Below are positions 27,551 to 37,825 of a stretch of DNA of 64,000 bases, in pieces. The stretch covers positions 16,528 to 80,527 of the forward strand of contig CALREW010000001.1 in the NCBI GenBank assembly GCA_943356415.1, given 5' to 3'. Made by a program: the position numbers and the translations under genes. The notes below the pieces were generated by a model. It was not told the DNA's origin, did not search any database, and saw only the letters and a list, made by a program, of their open reading frames with translations. Position 1 is the first letter of the stretch, and each line of letters opens with the position of its first letter. Source of the DNA: Candidatus Nomurabacteria bacterium. Its GTDB lineage: Bacteria > Patescibacteriota > Minisyncoccia > Phycocordibacterales > SBAW01.

Positions 27551-29119
27551 TTACGATTTGCGTTCGATTGAAAGGCGGATGTGGCGGCGGGCGAGTGCGG
27601 TTTTTGCAACATCAAGCCATTTTGCAGATGGGCGTGCACTTTTGCGCGTCTCGATATGCACGATGTCTGCATTTTGAAGTTTGGTATCGAGCGGCACCAA
27701 CTTACCGTTTACTTTCGCACCCCACATGTGGTCTCCGATATCAGAGTGGACTGCGTAGGCAAAATCGACAGGACTTGAGTCGGTTGGCAAGTCGATAACG
27801 TCGCCGGTCGGAGTAAAGACGAATACGCGATGGCTGAAGATGTCGCTTTTAAGTGACGTCTCAAATTCCTCTTCGTCGGCATCTTCCTCGCCGAGGGATT
27901 CTATCCATTCCGGCATTTTGGTCGGGACATAGCGGTTGCGCTCGCGCACTTTCATAGAGTTGTCATCAGAAATTGCCACTGGGTCTACCTTCTTACCAAA
28001 GCCAGGAATAAGACTACGTACCCACTCAAAACTTGTTTGTTTGCGTTCAACAAGCGGTTGTCCTGCGTCATCCGGCGCCTCACCTTCTTTATAGAGGACG
28101 TGGGAGGCAATACCAAATTCGGCTTCGCGATGCATGCGTTCGGTGCGTATCTGCACTTCTACCAAGCCGCCGTCACCTGCAAAGACGGTGGTGTGGAGGG
28201 ATTGATATCCGTTTGGCTTTGGAACGGTGATGTAGTCCTTGATTTTATTTGGGAGCGGGCGCCAAATGCTATGTACGATGCCAAGCACGCGGTAGCAGTC
28301 GTCCACGGTAGGAACGATAATGCGTAACGCGGCAATGTCATAAATATTTTCAATACCGACACCTTTGCGTGCGAGTTTGCGATACAGACTAAAGAGTCCT
28401 TTTACGCGCGCGTCGGTGCGAAACTCGGTGATACCCGCCTCGCCGAGCGCACGCTTAAGACCGCGATCGAGCTTATCGAGGCGTTCGACCGTTTCTTTTG
28501 TACGCTCGGTGAGAAGTTTTTTCGTTTTTTCGTATGCGTCAGGCTGTGCAAATTCAAACGCAAGATCCTCAAGTTCGCGACGAACAACACCGATACCGAG
28601 GCGATGTGCGATGGGAGCGTATATTTCAAGCGTTTCCAGGGCAATACGCTTGCGTTTTGCCTCCGGCACGTGGCGCAGCGTGCGCATGTTGTGCAGACGA
28701 TCCATCAACTTGATGATGAGCACGCGTACGTCTTTACTGGTTGCAACTAGTAGTTTTCGAAGACTCTCTCGGTGACGCTCCGCGCCGCGGTATTTCAAGT
28801 GACCAAGTTTGGTGACGCCTTCTACGAGAAAACGTATTTCTTTTCCAAATTCTTTTTCGATTGTTTCAGGCAAGACACCCACGTCTTCAACGCTATCGTG
28901 CAGCAAACCTGCAACGATGGTCTTGGCCCCCATGCCGAGTGAGGCGAGGCCTTTTGCAGTCTCGACGAGGTGTATGAGATAGGGTTCTCCAGAAAACCGT
29001 TTGTGATCTTTGTGCGCTTCGGCAGCAAATACGTAGGCTTTTAGAACGAGTTCAGTATCCTCGGCAGACGGGCCGTCCATCAGATCTAAAATTTCTTTGA
29101 CCGATGTCATTTCTGACAT
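27551..29119 (-). CDS. RelA/SpoT (p)ppGpp synthetase/hydrolase (HD, synthetase, TGS; no ACT domain)
   Basis: SGEPYLIH, LLHDSVED, DRLHNMRT, PKPNGYQSLHT, EVQIRT, DFAYAVHS. Confidence 0.92.
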   Translation of the reverse strand: MSEMTSVKEILDLMDGPSAEDTELVLKAYVFAAEAHKDHKRFSGEPYLIHLVETAKGLASLGMGAKTIVAGLLHDSVEDVGVLPETIEKEFGKEIRFLVEGVTKLGHLKYRGAERHRESLRKLLVATSKDVRVLIIKLMDRLHNMRTLRHVPEAKRKRIALETLEIYAPIAHRLGIGVVRRELEDLAFEFAQPDAYEKTKKLLTERTKETVERLDKLDRGLKRALGEAGITEFRTDARVKGLFSLYRKLARKGVGIENIYDIAALRIIVPTVDDCYRVLGIVHSIWRPLPNKIKDYITVPKPNGYQSLHTTVFAGDGGLVEVQIRTERMHREAEFGIASHVLYKEGEAPDDAGQPLVERKQTSFEWVRSLIPGFGKKVDPVAISDDNSMKVRERNRYVPTKMPEWIESLGEEDADEEEFETSLKSDIFSHRVFVFTPTGDVIDLPTDSSPVDFAYAVHSDIGDHMWGAKVNGKLVPLDTKLQNADIVHIETRKSARPSAKWLDVAKTALARRHIRLSIERKS

Positions 29120-29192
29120 TGTACCTTATTTGCCAGATCCTGTTGAGTGTGGCCTATTTTTAATACTTTGCTTTCACGCCACCTTGTGAGGT

Positions 29193-31403
29193 TTACTTTT
29201 TAGCCTTCTTTGCCTTTGGGTCTGCATTTAACTTATGCGGGTTATGGTTAGGGCAGACTTTATTACTACATCGCTCTGGGATGGTCTTTGTACCTTCCAT
29301 CATGAGAGAGTTGCACATTGGGCAAAATGCACCGGTTGGTTTTGCTTTAATGGCGTTTTTGCAGTCAGGATAGTTGCTGCAGGAGTAGAAGATGCCGAAC
29401 TTGCCGCGGCGCTCAACCATTTCTCCTTTGTTGCAGGTCGGACAAGCAACGCCCGTCTTCTTCTTTTCCGCTTCTACCGGATCTTCTTTCACAAATTTAC
29501 ATTTGGGGTAGCGATTGCAGGAGATAAATTTACCGAAACGTCCGTCGCGTTCAATAAGTTTTCCGTCGGTGCACGTTGGACACGCCTCACCGGTCTCTTT
29601 GGGACCTTCTATTTCGCGACCTTCGACAGTGCGTGCGCCGACGCAGGCAGGGAATTTTGAACAGCTCATAAAGCGTCCAGAGCGTGAAAGTTTAAATACC
29701 ATACTGGCGCTGCACACCGGACAGAGAAATTCTTCTGGCACGGGTCCGAGGTCGGTTATTTTGCCGGCTTCTTTGGACTTGGCCTTAACGTCTTTAAGGA
29801 ATGGCCCGTAAAAATCTTTGAGCGTCTTAAGGTACGCACGCGTGCCGCCAGCTATTTCGTCGAGCTTGTCTTCCATTTCAGCGGTAAAGGTGTCGCTGAT
29901 GTAGTTGGCGAAGTTTTCTTCAAGAAAGCCTGAAACCACCATGCCTGTGTCGGTAGGCATCAACGAGCGGCCATCTTTGATGACGTATTCGCGATCAACA
30001 ATAGTCTTGATGGTCGAGGCGTACGTAGATGGGCGTCCAATACCGCGTTTTTCAAGTTCTTTAACGAGGCCGGCTTCTGAGTAGCGTGGTGGTGGCTGGG
30101 TCTGCTTCTCTTCACTTGTCATATCGATAAGTGTGAGTTTTTCGCCCTCTTTTACTTTAGGGAGTTCTACGTCTTCACCGCGCGCCTGTGGGTCCGCCTT
30201 GAGCCAGCCGTCATACACCACACGAGAGCCGTTGGCCTGGAAGTCGGGAATTGTTTTGTCAGACGCGGTAGCGATTATTTTTGTCTTAAGGAGACCTGCC
30301 TCTTTCATCTGTGAGGCAACGGTGCGGCTCCATATAAGGTCATAGAGTTTATTTTCCTCAGGTGTGCCGTGAATGCTTTGCGCATCGATGTGGGTTGGGC
30401 GTATGGCTTCGTGTGCTTCTTGTGCGTTCTTAGACTTAGTTTTAAACACACGTGAAAGGGCGTAGCTCTCGCCGTACTCCTTTTTTATTATTGCGAGTAT
30501 CTGTGCCTTTGCCGCTGCGCCAAGATTCGTTGAGTCGGTACGCATATAGGTGATATGACCGCGCTCATACAGTTTCTGCGCTATTTGCATCGCGCGTGAT
30601 GGAGAGAAGCCCAAGCGAGATGATGCTGCCTGCTGAAGTGTCGAGGTCGTAAATGGCGGGCGAGGAGAGCGCTTCATTTCACTTTCCGTCACTGAACCAA
30701 CCGTCCAGCCAGCCTTCTTTGACGCTTCAAGAATGTGGTCAGCCTCCTTCTTCTCTTTCGGCTCTATGGAACAGACAAAAGGAATACGCTCTTTGCGCGG
30801 CGTATCCATGAGCGCTTCTATGGTGTAGAAGGTTTCGGGTATAAACGCACGTATCTCGCGCTCACGTTCTGCCAGAATGCGTAATGCAGGTGATTGCACG
30901 CGGCCCGCTGAGAGACCATAGCGAACCTTCTTCCAAATAAGACCAGAGAGGTCATACCCCACAAGACGATCAAGCACGCGACGTGCCTCTTGCGCCTCGC
31001 GAAGATTCTCATCTATTTGGCGTGGAGATTTTAATGCCTCGGCAATGGCTTCTTTGGTTATTTCATGAAAAACGATGCGCTTCGGTTTCTTTAGCCCGAG
31101 CGCTTCTTTGAGGTGCCAAGAAATAGCCTCGCCTTCGCGGTCGGGGTCGGTTGCGAGAAGTACGTCCTTTGCCTTTGCGGCTAGTTCGCGCAACTCCGCG
31201 ACAATAGGGCGTTTGGCAGGAGTGATTTCATAATGAGGAATGAAGCCTCCTTCGATATCGATAGCCTTCTTATTGTTCTTAGGCAAATCGCGAACGTGAC
31301 CCACCGATGCGCGTACGAGAAATTCGCCTGCTGGATCAATATCAGCAAGATATTTTTCGATAGTCTTTGCTTTCGCGGGTGACTCTACTATCAGTAGCTT
31401 CAT
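29193..31403 (-). CDS. topA: DNA topoisomerase I
   Basis: IVESPAKAKTI, ATDPDREGE, SAGRVQS, ITYMRTDS, C-terminal zinc ribbons. Confidence 0.96.
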   Translation of the reverse strand: MKLLIVESPAKAKTIEKYLADIDPAGEFLVRASVGHVRDLPKNNKKAIDIEGGFIPHYEITPAKRPIVAELRELAAKAKDVLLATDPDREGEAISWHLKEALGLKKPKRIVFHEITKEAIAEALKSPRQIDENLREAQEARRVLDRLVGYDLSGLIWKKVRYGLSAGRVQSPALRILAEREREIRAFIPETFYTIEALMDTPRKERIPFVCSIEPKEKKEADHILEASKKAGWTVGSVTESEMKRSPRPPFTTSTLQQAASSRLGFSPSRAMQIAQKLYERGHITYMRTDSTNLGAAAKAQILAIIKKEYGESYALSRVFKTKSKNAQEAHEAIRPTHIDAQSIHGTPEENKLYDLIWSRTVASQMKEAGLLKTKIIATASDKTIPDFQANGSRVVYDGWLKADPQARGEDVELPKVKEGEKLTLIDMTSEEKQTQPPPRYSEAGLVKELEKRGIGRPSTYASTIKTIVDREYVIKDGRSLMPTDTGMVVSGFLEENFANYISDTFTAEMEDKLDEIAGGTRAYLKTLKDFYGPFLKDVKAKSKEAGKITDLGPVPEEFLCPVCSASMVFKLSRSGRFMSCSKFPACVGARTVEGREIEGPKETGEACPTCTDGKLIERDGRFGKFISCNRYPKCKFVKEDPVEAEKKKTGVACPTCNKGEMVERRGKFGIFYSCSNYPDCKNAIKAKPTGAFCPMCNSLMMEGTKTIPERCSNKVCPNHNPHKLNADPKAKKAKK

Positions 31404-31453
31404 TAAGTACAACTAGATACGCGTGTTTCGAACTTCTGTCAAATGCGATTGTT

Positions 31454-32311
31454 CTAATTGCGAAGAACTTTACCGAGTTCTTCGCGCACCGCTCCTTTGA
31501 TTAAAAGCATTGAAAGCGCGACGTTTACTCGCTGCTGCGGCAGTACGCAGCGTCCACTTAGTTCACCTCGCTCACATGGTTCGTAGAGCGCCTCGTATAC
31601 TTCGCGTTCGTCGTCGGAGAGATCGAGGCGCATCTGTGGAGAGGCTTCTTCAACACGTATATCGAGTGCTTCTAAGATGTCGGCGCCCGAGCGCACGAGG
31701 GTAGCTCCAAGGCGGATAAAGGTATTCGTACCGGCACCCGTCTCGCTGCCGAGCGGGTGGGGAATGGCGAGCACTTCGCGGTTGTAGTCGAGCGCGAGGC
31801 GGGCGGTCACAAGGGTGCCGGACTTCTCGGCCGCCTCTATTAATAGAGTGGCTCGGCTTAGACCAGCCATGATCCGGTTTCGCGCAAGGAAGGTCCAACG
31901 GGCTGGTCTCGCCTCTGGCTCATATTCTGATATCAGCGCTCCGCCTTTCTCTAATATCCTGCGCGCTAACGGTCGGTGGCTGGCAGGATAGAGCGCTGTG
32001 TCATCGAGACCTGATGGCATAACGGCAAGGGTGGGGAGCCCGGCTTTCAATGCTGCTTCATGCGCAATACTGTCGAGTCCGAGTGCGAGCCCTGAAATAA
32101 TAGCAACCGGGTATCCAGCCAACGAAGCTACAAGTTGCTCGCACATACGCTTGCCGTAGGTGCTGTACTTGCGCGAACCAACCACTGCCAGCGGTACATA
32201 CGCTTCGGACGGAAATTCACCTCTTATATAGAGGTGCCGGGGCGCGTCAGGTATCTCCCGCAGAAGAGGCGGAAATTCGTCGAACCCCATTTGTCGCAGG
32301 GGGTACTGCAC
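31454..32311 (-). CDS. dprA: DNA processing protein DprA
   Basis: AVVGSR, ISGLALGLD, RNRIMAG, EAAEKSG; upstream of topA. Confidence 0.93.
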   Translation of the reverse strand: MQYPLRQMGFDEFPPLLREIPDAPRHLYIRGEFPSEAYVPLAVVGSRKYSTYGKRMCEQLVASLAGYPVAIISGLALGLDSIAHEAALKAGLPTLAVMPSGLDDTALYPASHRPLARRILEKGGALISEYEPEARPARWTFLARNRIMAGLSRATLLIEAAEKSGTLVTARLALDYNREVLAIPHPLGSETGAGTNTFIRLGATLVRSGADILEALDIRVEEASPQMRLDLSDDEREVYEALYEPCERGELSGRCVLPQQRVNVALSMLLIKGAVREELGKVLRN

Positions 32312-32354
32312 GGTAGTATCTATTCTATCCTTTTATAGGGCCACCTCACGCGCC

Positions 32355-33632
32355 ATGCTTGATATTAAATTCATTCGAGAGAACCCCGACATCGTGCGGG
32401 CGACACTTAAGAACAAAAACCGCGAGGTTGATCTTGACCGCGTACTTCAGCTTGCTGATGAACGCAAAGAAGCAGCACAAAAGGTTTCTGACTTAAACCG
32501 CAAGAAAAATGAAGCCGCTGCCGCTCGTGACATCGAAGCTGGTAAGGCCGTTAAAGACGAGCTCAAAGCGGCAGAAGAGGCACATGCGACGCTAGAAAAA
32601 GAACTCGTCTCTCTCCTCATCAAAATTCCGAATGTCCCGTCTCCGGACACGCCCATCGGTCCGGACGAATCAGGCAATGTGGTTGCGCGTGAGTGGGGAG
32701 AGAAACCGCAATTTTCTTTTAAGCCAAAAGAACATTGGGAACTCGGGAAAGATCTAGGCATTATTGACACTGAAAAAGCTTCAGAAGTATCTGGCGCCCG
32801 TTTTGCCTATTTGAAAGGTCCACTGGTTATGCTTGAGATGGCACTTATGGACTTTGCTTGGAAGACGCTGACGTCAAAGGAGAAACTTGCCGGCATTATA
32901 AAAGACGCAGGGCTTTCTGTAAGTGATAAACCGTTTGTCCCTGTTATCCCGCCGCTTTTGATGCGTGCGCAAGTTATGAACCGCATGGCGCGCCTTGATC
33001 CGATCGATGAGCGATACTACTTCGAAAAAGACGAGATGGTGTTTATCGGTAGCGCCGAACACACCCTTGGTCCGCTTCATATGGATGAGACGCTTCCTGA
33101 AGATGCATTTCCACTTCGCTACGTGGCGCTCACGCCGGCGTTTCGTCGTGAAGCCGGTTCGTACGGAAAAGATACAAAAGGTATTTTACGTCTCCATCAA
33201 TTCAACAAAATGGAAATGGAAAGCTTCACCAAGCCTGAAGATGGTATGCAGGAGCAGGACCTTATGGTGGCGATACAGGAATACTTTATGCGCGCGCTCA
33301 AACTTCCGTATCGTGTGATGTCCATTTGTACTGGCGATATGGGTTTCCCTGATCATCGCCAGATAGATATCGACGCGTGGATGCCAGGACAAGATACCTA
33401 TCGCGAAACGCACACTTCAGACTATATGGGTGGTTTTCAAGCGCGCCGCCTCAATAGCCGCATCAAGCGTACCGACGGCACCATTGAACCGGTCCACATG
33501 AACGATGCAACTGCACTTTCACAGCGCCCACTCATTGCCATCATAGAGAACTATCAGCAGGAGGATGGGTCGATTGTAGTTCCTGAAGTTTTGCGCTCCT
33601 ATATGGGCACCGACGTTATCCGTAAAAACTAG
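32355..33632 (+). CDS. serS: Serine--tRNA ligase
   Basis: MLDIKFIREN, FRREAGSYGKDTKGILRLHQF, ENYQ. Confidence 0.96.
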   Translation: MLDIKFIRENPDIVRATLKNKNREVDLDRVLQLADERKEAAQKVSDLNRKKNEAAAARDIEAGKAVKDELKAAEEAHATLEKELVSLLIKIPNVPSPDTPIGPDESGNVVAREWGEKPQFSFKPKEHWELGKDLGIIDTEKASEVSGARFAYLKGPLVMLEMALMDFAWKTLTSKEKLAGIIKDAGLSVSDKPFVPVIPPLLMRAQVMNRMARLDPIDERYYFEKDEMVFIGSAEHTLGPLHMDETLPEDAFPLRYVALTPAFRREAGSYGKDTKGILRLHQFNKMEMESFTKPEDGMQEQDLMVAIQEYFMRALKLPYRVMSICTGDMGFPDHRQIDIDAWMPGQDTYRETHTSDYMGGFQARRLNSRIKRTDGTIEPVHMNDATALSQRPLIAIIENYQQEDGSIVVPEVLRSYMGTDVIRKN

Positions 33633-33635
33633 CGC

Positions 33636-34457
33636 ATGCGCTCTCGCGTTGGCGTTGTCTTGCCACCCTCGAAGCTCAAAGAGCGTCGTAAGCGTGCACG
33701 CACGGTTAGTATCGTCGTATGGTCATGTGCCGCGCTTCTTCTTTGCGCTGCGATCGTCGGTTTCTTCTATATACCGGCCTTCGCCATACGCGACATACAA
33801 GTCGAAGGAGTAGGGAGTCTTTCCGTCGAATCGATACAGACTCGCGTACAAGAATCGCTGCGCGGCAGACGATACCTCGTTTTTCCTAAAAAAAATGCGT
33901 TTGTTTATTCGGATGCTGCGGTTGCTTCCGACCTTAAGACGGCATTTCCAAAGCTCGACACTATTGTTGTATCTCTTGAAAATTTTCACTCGATTAAGGT
34001 GGTGGTAACTGAGCGCAAACCGTACGCGACATTTTGCGGCGCTTCGCCTGACGTATCTCAAAGCCCGTGTTTGTTTCTTGATGTAAGTGGTGTTGCCTAC
34101 GAGCCTGCGCCAGATTTTTCTGATAATGCGTATGTGCGTTGGTATGGTGGTGGGGCGTTGGTATCCGGCGCGCGGTACCTCGCGGAGGAAAAATTTCGCT
34201 CAGTCAGCGCGCTTGTTGACGCCTTCCATTCAGTAAAACTCGAACCAGTATCCACGTATGTTAATGAAGCAGAGGATGTGAGCGTGAAAGATCGCTCAGG
34301 TCTTGAAGTTCGCTTCACGCTTTCACGTAAGCCAGAAGAGGTGCTCAACTTATTGCGAGCGGCACTTATTTCCGAGGTGCTTGTGGGCAAGGCTCTTTCT
34401 TCGATTGAGTATATCGATTTGCGGTTTGGCAACCGTCTGTACTATCGCTTGAGATAA
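33636..34457 (+). CDS. FtsQ/DivIB-like POTRA protein
   Basis: Basic N-terminus, TM, I.VEG, V.ERKP, YIDLRFGNR. Confidence 0.75.
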   Translation: MRSRVGVVLPPSKLKERRKRARTVSIVVWSCAALLLCAAIVGFFYIPAFAIRDIQVEGVGSLSVESIQTRVQESLRGRRYLVFPKKNAFVYSDAAVASDLKTAFPKLDTIVVSLENFHSIKVVVTERKPYATFCGASPDVSQSPCLFLDVSGVAYEPAPDFSDNAYVRWYGGGALVSGARYLAEEKFRSVSALVDAFHSVKLEPVSTYVNEAEDVSVKDRSGLEVRFTLSRKPEEVLNLLRAALISEVLVGKALSSIEYIDLRFGNRLYYRLR

Positions 34458-34534
34458 CAAAAACGCCGCGCATTGCGCGGCGGACCCGGGTAGGGTCTGA
34501 GGGAGAAAGCGACGTTGGCTTCGGTGTGACCGTC

Positions 34535-34660
34535 TTAGGTCAGAGGCCGGCCATCGCGGTCCGTGTTCTGGTGCGCGACTGCGAGCTCAGGCAGCAGCGA
34601 CTGCGGGTGGATGATGCCGACCAGGATGATCCTGAGGGCATCGAGCAACTTGAAGAGCAT
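34535..34660 (-). CDS. Putative 41 aa small protein
   Basis: MLFKLLDALRIILVGIIHPQSLLPELAVAHQNTDRDGRPLT; GGAGG 5 nt upstream; GC-rich third positions. Confidence 0.5.
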   Translation of the reverse strand: MLFKLLDALRIILVGIIHPQSLLPELAVAHQNTDRDGRPLT

Positions 34661-34716
34661 CTGCGCCTCCGTTGGTTGGCATTCCCATTGTAGCAGTTTT
34701 AGGTTATAACGCCACA

Positions 34717-35700
34717 GTGAACTCATTCTGGAGCAAACTCCCAAAACCTTTTTTTGTTCTGGCGCCACTCGCGAATGTAACCGACGCGGCCTTTCGTCGT
34801 GTCATTGCGAAGTATGGCAAACCTGATGTCATGTGGACGGAGTTCGTTTCGGCCGATGGGCTTTTTATGGCGAAGAATTATTTGGGCGAAGATGGAAAAC
34901 CAAAGAGTTCACACCCGCTTTTAAAAGATTTTTTGTACACCGAAGCAGAGCGTCCTATCGTCGCGCAACTTTTTACATCACGTCCTGAGATGATGGAGAA
35001 AGCAGCAGCGCTTGCTCGTGAGATGGGTTTTGACGGCGTCGATATCAATATGGGATGTCCGGATAAGACAATCGAGAAACAAGGCGCGGGTGCTGCGATG
35101 ATAAAAGATCCAGTGCGTGCACTTGAAGTTATAGCAGCAGCAAAACAAGGAGCGGGAAGTTTGCCCGTGTCAGTCAAAACGCGAGTTGGCTACAACCGGA
35201 TTGAACTTGAAACATGGTTACCAAAACTTCTTTCCTCGGGAATCGCCGCACTTACGGTGCACGCGCGTACACGCAAAGAGATGTCGCTTGTTCCAGCGCG
35301 ATGGGAGCATGTAGCTGAGGCAGTGAAATTGCGCGATGAACTTGCCCCCAGCACACTCATTATTGGAAACGGCGACGCGCTTTCGATCGCGGACGCTCAT
35401 ACAAAAGTAGAAGCAACCGGCGCAGACGGAGTGATGCTTGGGCGCGCAATTTTTGGCAACCCTTGGTTATTTTCTGAAATGATTCCGACGCTTCAAGAAA
35501 AGTTGAATGTCATGGTGGAGCACACAAAATTGTTTGAAGAATTGCTCGGCGACACAAAGAGTTTTGCCATTATGAAAAAGCACTACAAAGCGTACGTAAA
35601 TGGCTTTGACGGAGCGAAGGAACTACGTATGGAACTTATGGAAGCAAAGGATGCGGCAGAGATAGCCGAAAAGATACAAGCTTTTCTCAAGACAATCTAA
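34717..35700 (+). CDS. tRNA-dihydrouridine synthase
   Basis: LAPLANVTD, DINMGCP, VKTRVG, TVHART, GNGD, GRAIFGNPW. Confidence 0.93.
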   Translation: MNSFWSKLPKPFFVLAPLANVTDAAFRRVIAKYGKPDVMWTEFVSADGLFMAKNYLGEDGKPKSSHPLLKDFLYTEAERPIVAQLFTSRPEMMEKAAALAREMGFDGVDINMGCPDKTIEKQGAGAAMIKDPVRALEVIAAAKQGAGSLPVSVKTRVGYNRIELETWLPKLLSSGIAALTVHARTRKEMSLVPARWEHVAEAVKLRDELAPSTLIIGNGDALSIADAHTKVEATGADGVMLGRAIFGNPWLFSEMIPTLQEKLNVMVEHTKLFEELLGDTKSFAIMKKHYKAYVNGFDGAKELRMELMEAKDAAEIAEKIQAFLKTI

Positions 35701-35824
35701 GCGCCTTGTCGGCATTTGTCGGTGCGTATATGCTGCAATTTGGTAGTACGGAAACTAGTCTAGTTTCCAGTGTAATGAGTAAAAATAGGAGATACCAGCA
35801 CACGCAAAACGTGAGGAGGAATTG

Positions 35825-37660
35825 ATGCCAACCGTCCAATTGTTTAGAGGCTGCGCTATGCGTGGCGGCGGCGTTTCTATCGACCGGGCGAGTTGTGTTG
35901 ACCTCGCTCGTGTGCCGTCTCGCAACAAAGACAAATGCTGCCCGCACAAATGTGCGTCACCTTGGCGCCTATGCATCGCCTGCGTTAGTCAAGGTGCTGC
36001 CGACCTCGGCACCGTGGACGTGTCGAAGATGTCGCGGCGTGAAGATGGTCTGTGCGACTACCATGCGGAGCACGGGTTTGCCGCTATCAAAAAGCGGGGA
36101 ACTCCGGGCGTCAGCTCGGGTGCACAACGCGGAGCGGCAAGTGGTTCGCCGATCGTGCATCGAGAAGTATCGGTAGGACACGTCGCCGAACCTCTGCTTG
36201 CTCGCACAAATGGTTCTGGCGTAACGCCGCCTGTTGCGGCAGCAAGGCCGGCACCTCAAATGACGCCAGCGCCACAACCGGCGCTTCCGTCAATGCCTGT
36301 GTCACTCCCTGGTCCCTCAAGAGAGAGGGACTCGGTGGTGACACAGGTGACGAAGTCACCTACTACGTCTCAGACGAACGTTCAACCGCCCGCATCTTCG
36401 CCAATTGCGAAGGAAGGGCAGGATGTACCCGTCGACGAGATGCCGGATGGTCCGTGGAAGGAAATCCTGCAGCGTGTGAAGCGTGCGCTGTCGCAATCGA
36501 CGTACGAACCGTCGGTCGACCCTCGCAAGATTCGCCCGTTGCCAGGACAGCCGAGAACGGTATTCAACCCGGTTCGGCTGCTCCGCCTGCGAGCCTCAAT
36601 GATCGAGTCCGGCCAAATCCAGCCGATTACGCTGAGGCGTATCGAGCCGGATGCGGACGGAAACGAGTACGAATTGGTTGACGGCGAGCGCCGGTGGCGC
36701 TCGTCCATGGCAGGACAAGAGATGCTCATGCTGCGCGCCATGGTCGTAGCTATCGACGACGAAGCCGCACAATATGTCATCGCGGTTCTCGCGAATTTCA
36801 ACCGCGAGGAGCATACCCCGCTTGAAGCCTGTGACGCCATCGTGCGTATGCACGAAGGTCTCAAGATGCCGATGGACGCGATCGCTAAGATGTTCGGCAA
36901 GTCAGGTCTCTGGGTTGCGCAGCGCTACGGACTACGCCGGTTGGTGCCGGAGGTTCGTGAGCTGCTTGATCCTGAGCTCGATGAGCACGAACAGCTCACC
37001 ATCACGGCGGCAATCCGCATTTCGCAGAAGACGCCTGAGACGCAGCTTACAACTGCGCGTCGGGTGCTCCGTGGCGAGATGCACGTCAACCAGATCCGTT
37101 CCGACGCACTTGAGCGCGGCGAGGCGGTCAACACGTTCCAACGTACGCCGGCTCACCAGATCGAGTTGTTGGCCGACAACGCGTCCGCTATCAAGCGGAT
37201 CATCGAGAAGCTCAAGAACACGCTTGAAAGCACTGACGAGGCAGTCCTCGCCAACGCAACGCCGCAGAGGCGTGCGCACTTGCTCGCAACGCTTGGTGCT
37301 GTCGCAGAACTCATACACGAGTTGCGCAGTACTTTGGCAACGGCGTTCGCCGAGGAGAAGCCGCCTTCACCGCCTGTGCCACAAGTACGGCCGGCGGAGC
37401 GGCTACCTGTTCCGTTGCCAAGACCGATTCCAACTGCAACTACCGTTCCCTCCGCTGATCGCGAACTAGGGTTCGTCACGGTGGACTACTACGAGCGAAC
37501 GGCAGGAAGCGAGCGGAAGCTGGTCAAAGCAAAGAAGGTGAACGTCGTCGAGTACGGCGCACACCGCAACAACGGTGCTCTTGGCTGGCAAGTTGACGGC
37601 AAGGAACAACCTAAGACTGAAGCGGATTTCTGTTCCCGAATGGGAATTCGCTTCAGATAA
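35825..37660 (+). CDS. ParB-like domain protein with Cys/His-rich N-terminus and Pro-rich linkers
   Basis: GQPRTVF, GQIQPI, LVDGERRWRS, ANFNRE, HTH; GAGGAGG upstream. Confidence 0.8.
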   Translation: MPTVQLFRGCAMRGGGVSIDRASCVDLARVPSRNKDKCCPHKCASPWRLCIACVSQGAADLGTVDVSKMSRREDGLCDYHAEHGFAAIKKRGTPGVSSGAQRGAASGSPIVHREVSVGHVAEPLLARTNGSGVTPPVAAARPAPQMTPAPQPALPSMPVSLPGPSRERDSVVTQVTKSPTTSQTNVQPPASSPIAKEGQDVPVDEMPDGPWKEILQRVKRALSQSTYEPSVDPRKIRPLPGQPRTVFNPVRLLRLRASMIESGQIQPITLRRIEPDADGNEYELVDGERRWRSSMAGQEMLMLRAMVVAIDDEAAQYVIAVLANFNREEHTPLEACDAIVRMHEGLKMPMDAIAKMFGKSGLWVAQRYGLRRLVPEVRELLDPELDEHEQLTITAAIRISQKTPETQLTTARRVLRGEMHVNQIRSDALERGEAVNTFQRTPAHQIELLADNASAIKRIIEKLKNTLESTDEAVLANATPQRRAHLLATLGAVAELIHELRSTLATAFAEEKPPSPPVPQVRPAERLPVPLPRPIPTATTVPSADRELGFVTVDYYERTAGSERKLVKAKKVNVVEYGAHRNNGALGWQVDGKEQPKTEADFCSRMGIRFR

Positions 37661-37825
37661 CATCGCGCGCAAGCGTGGAATGTACGGCCGCCGGGGGAGA
37701 CTCCGGCGGCCGCGCTCGTTCGTTTGCTGCTTGTTGCATCAAGAAGAACATTTAGTACATTCAAAAAGGAAGCACTGAAGTCTGGGAGAGTCCTGGACTT
37801 GTGCATCGATGGGGAAGGAACCCAA

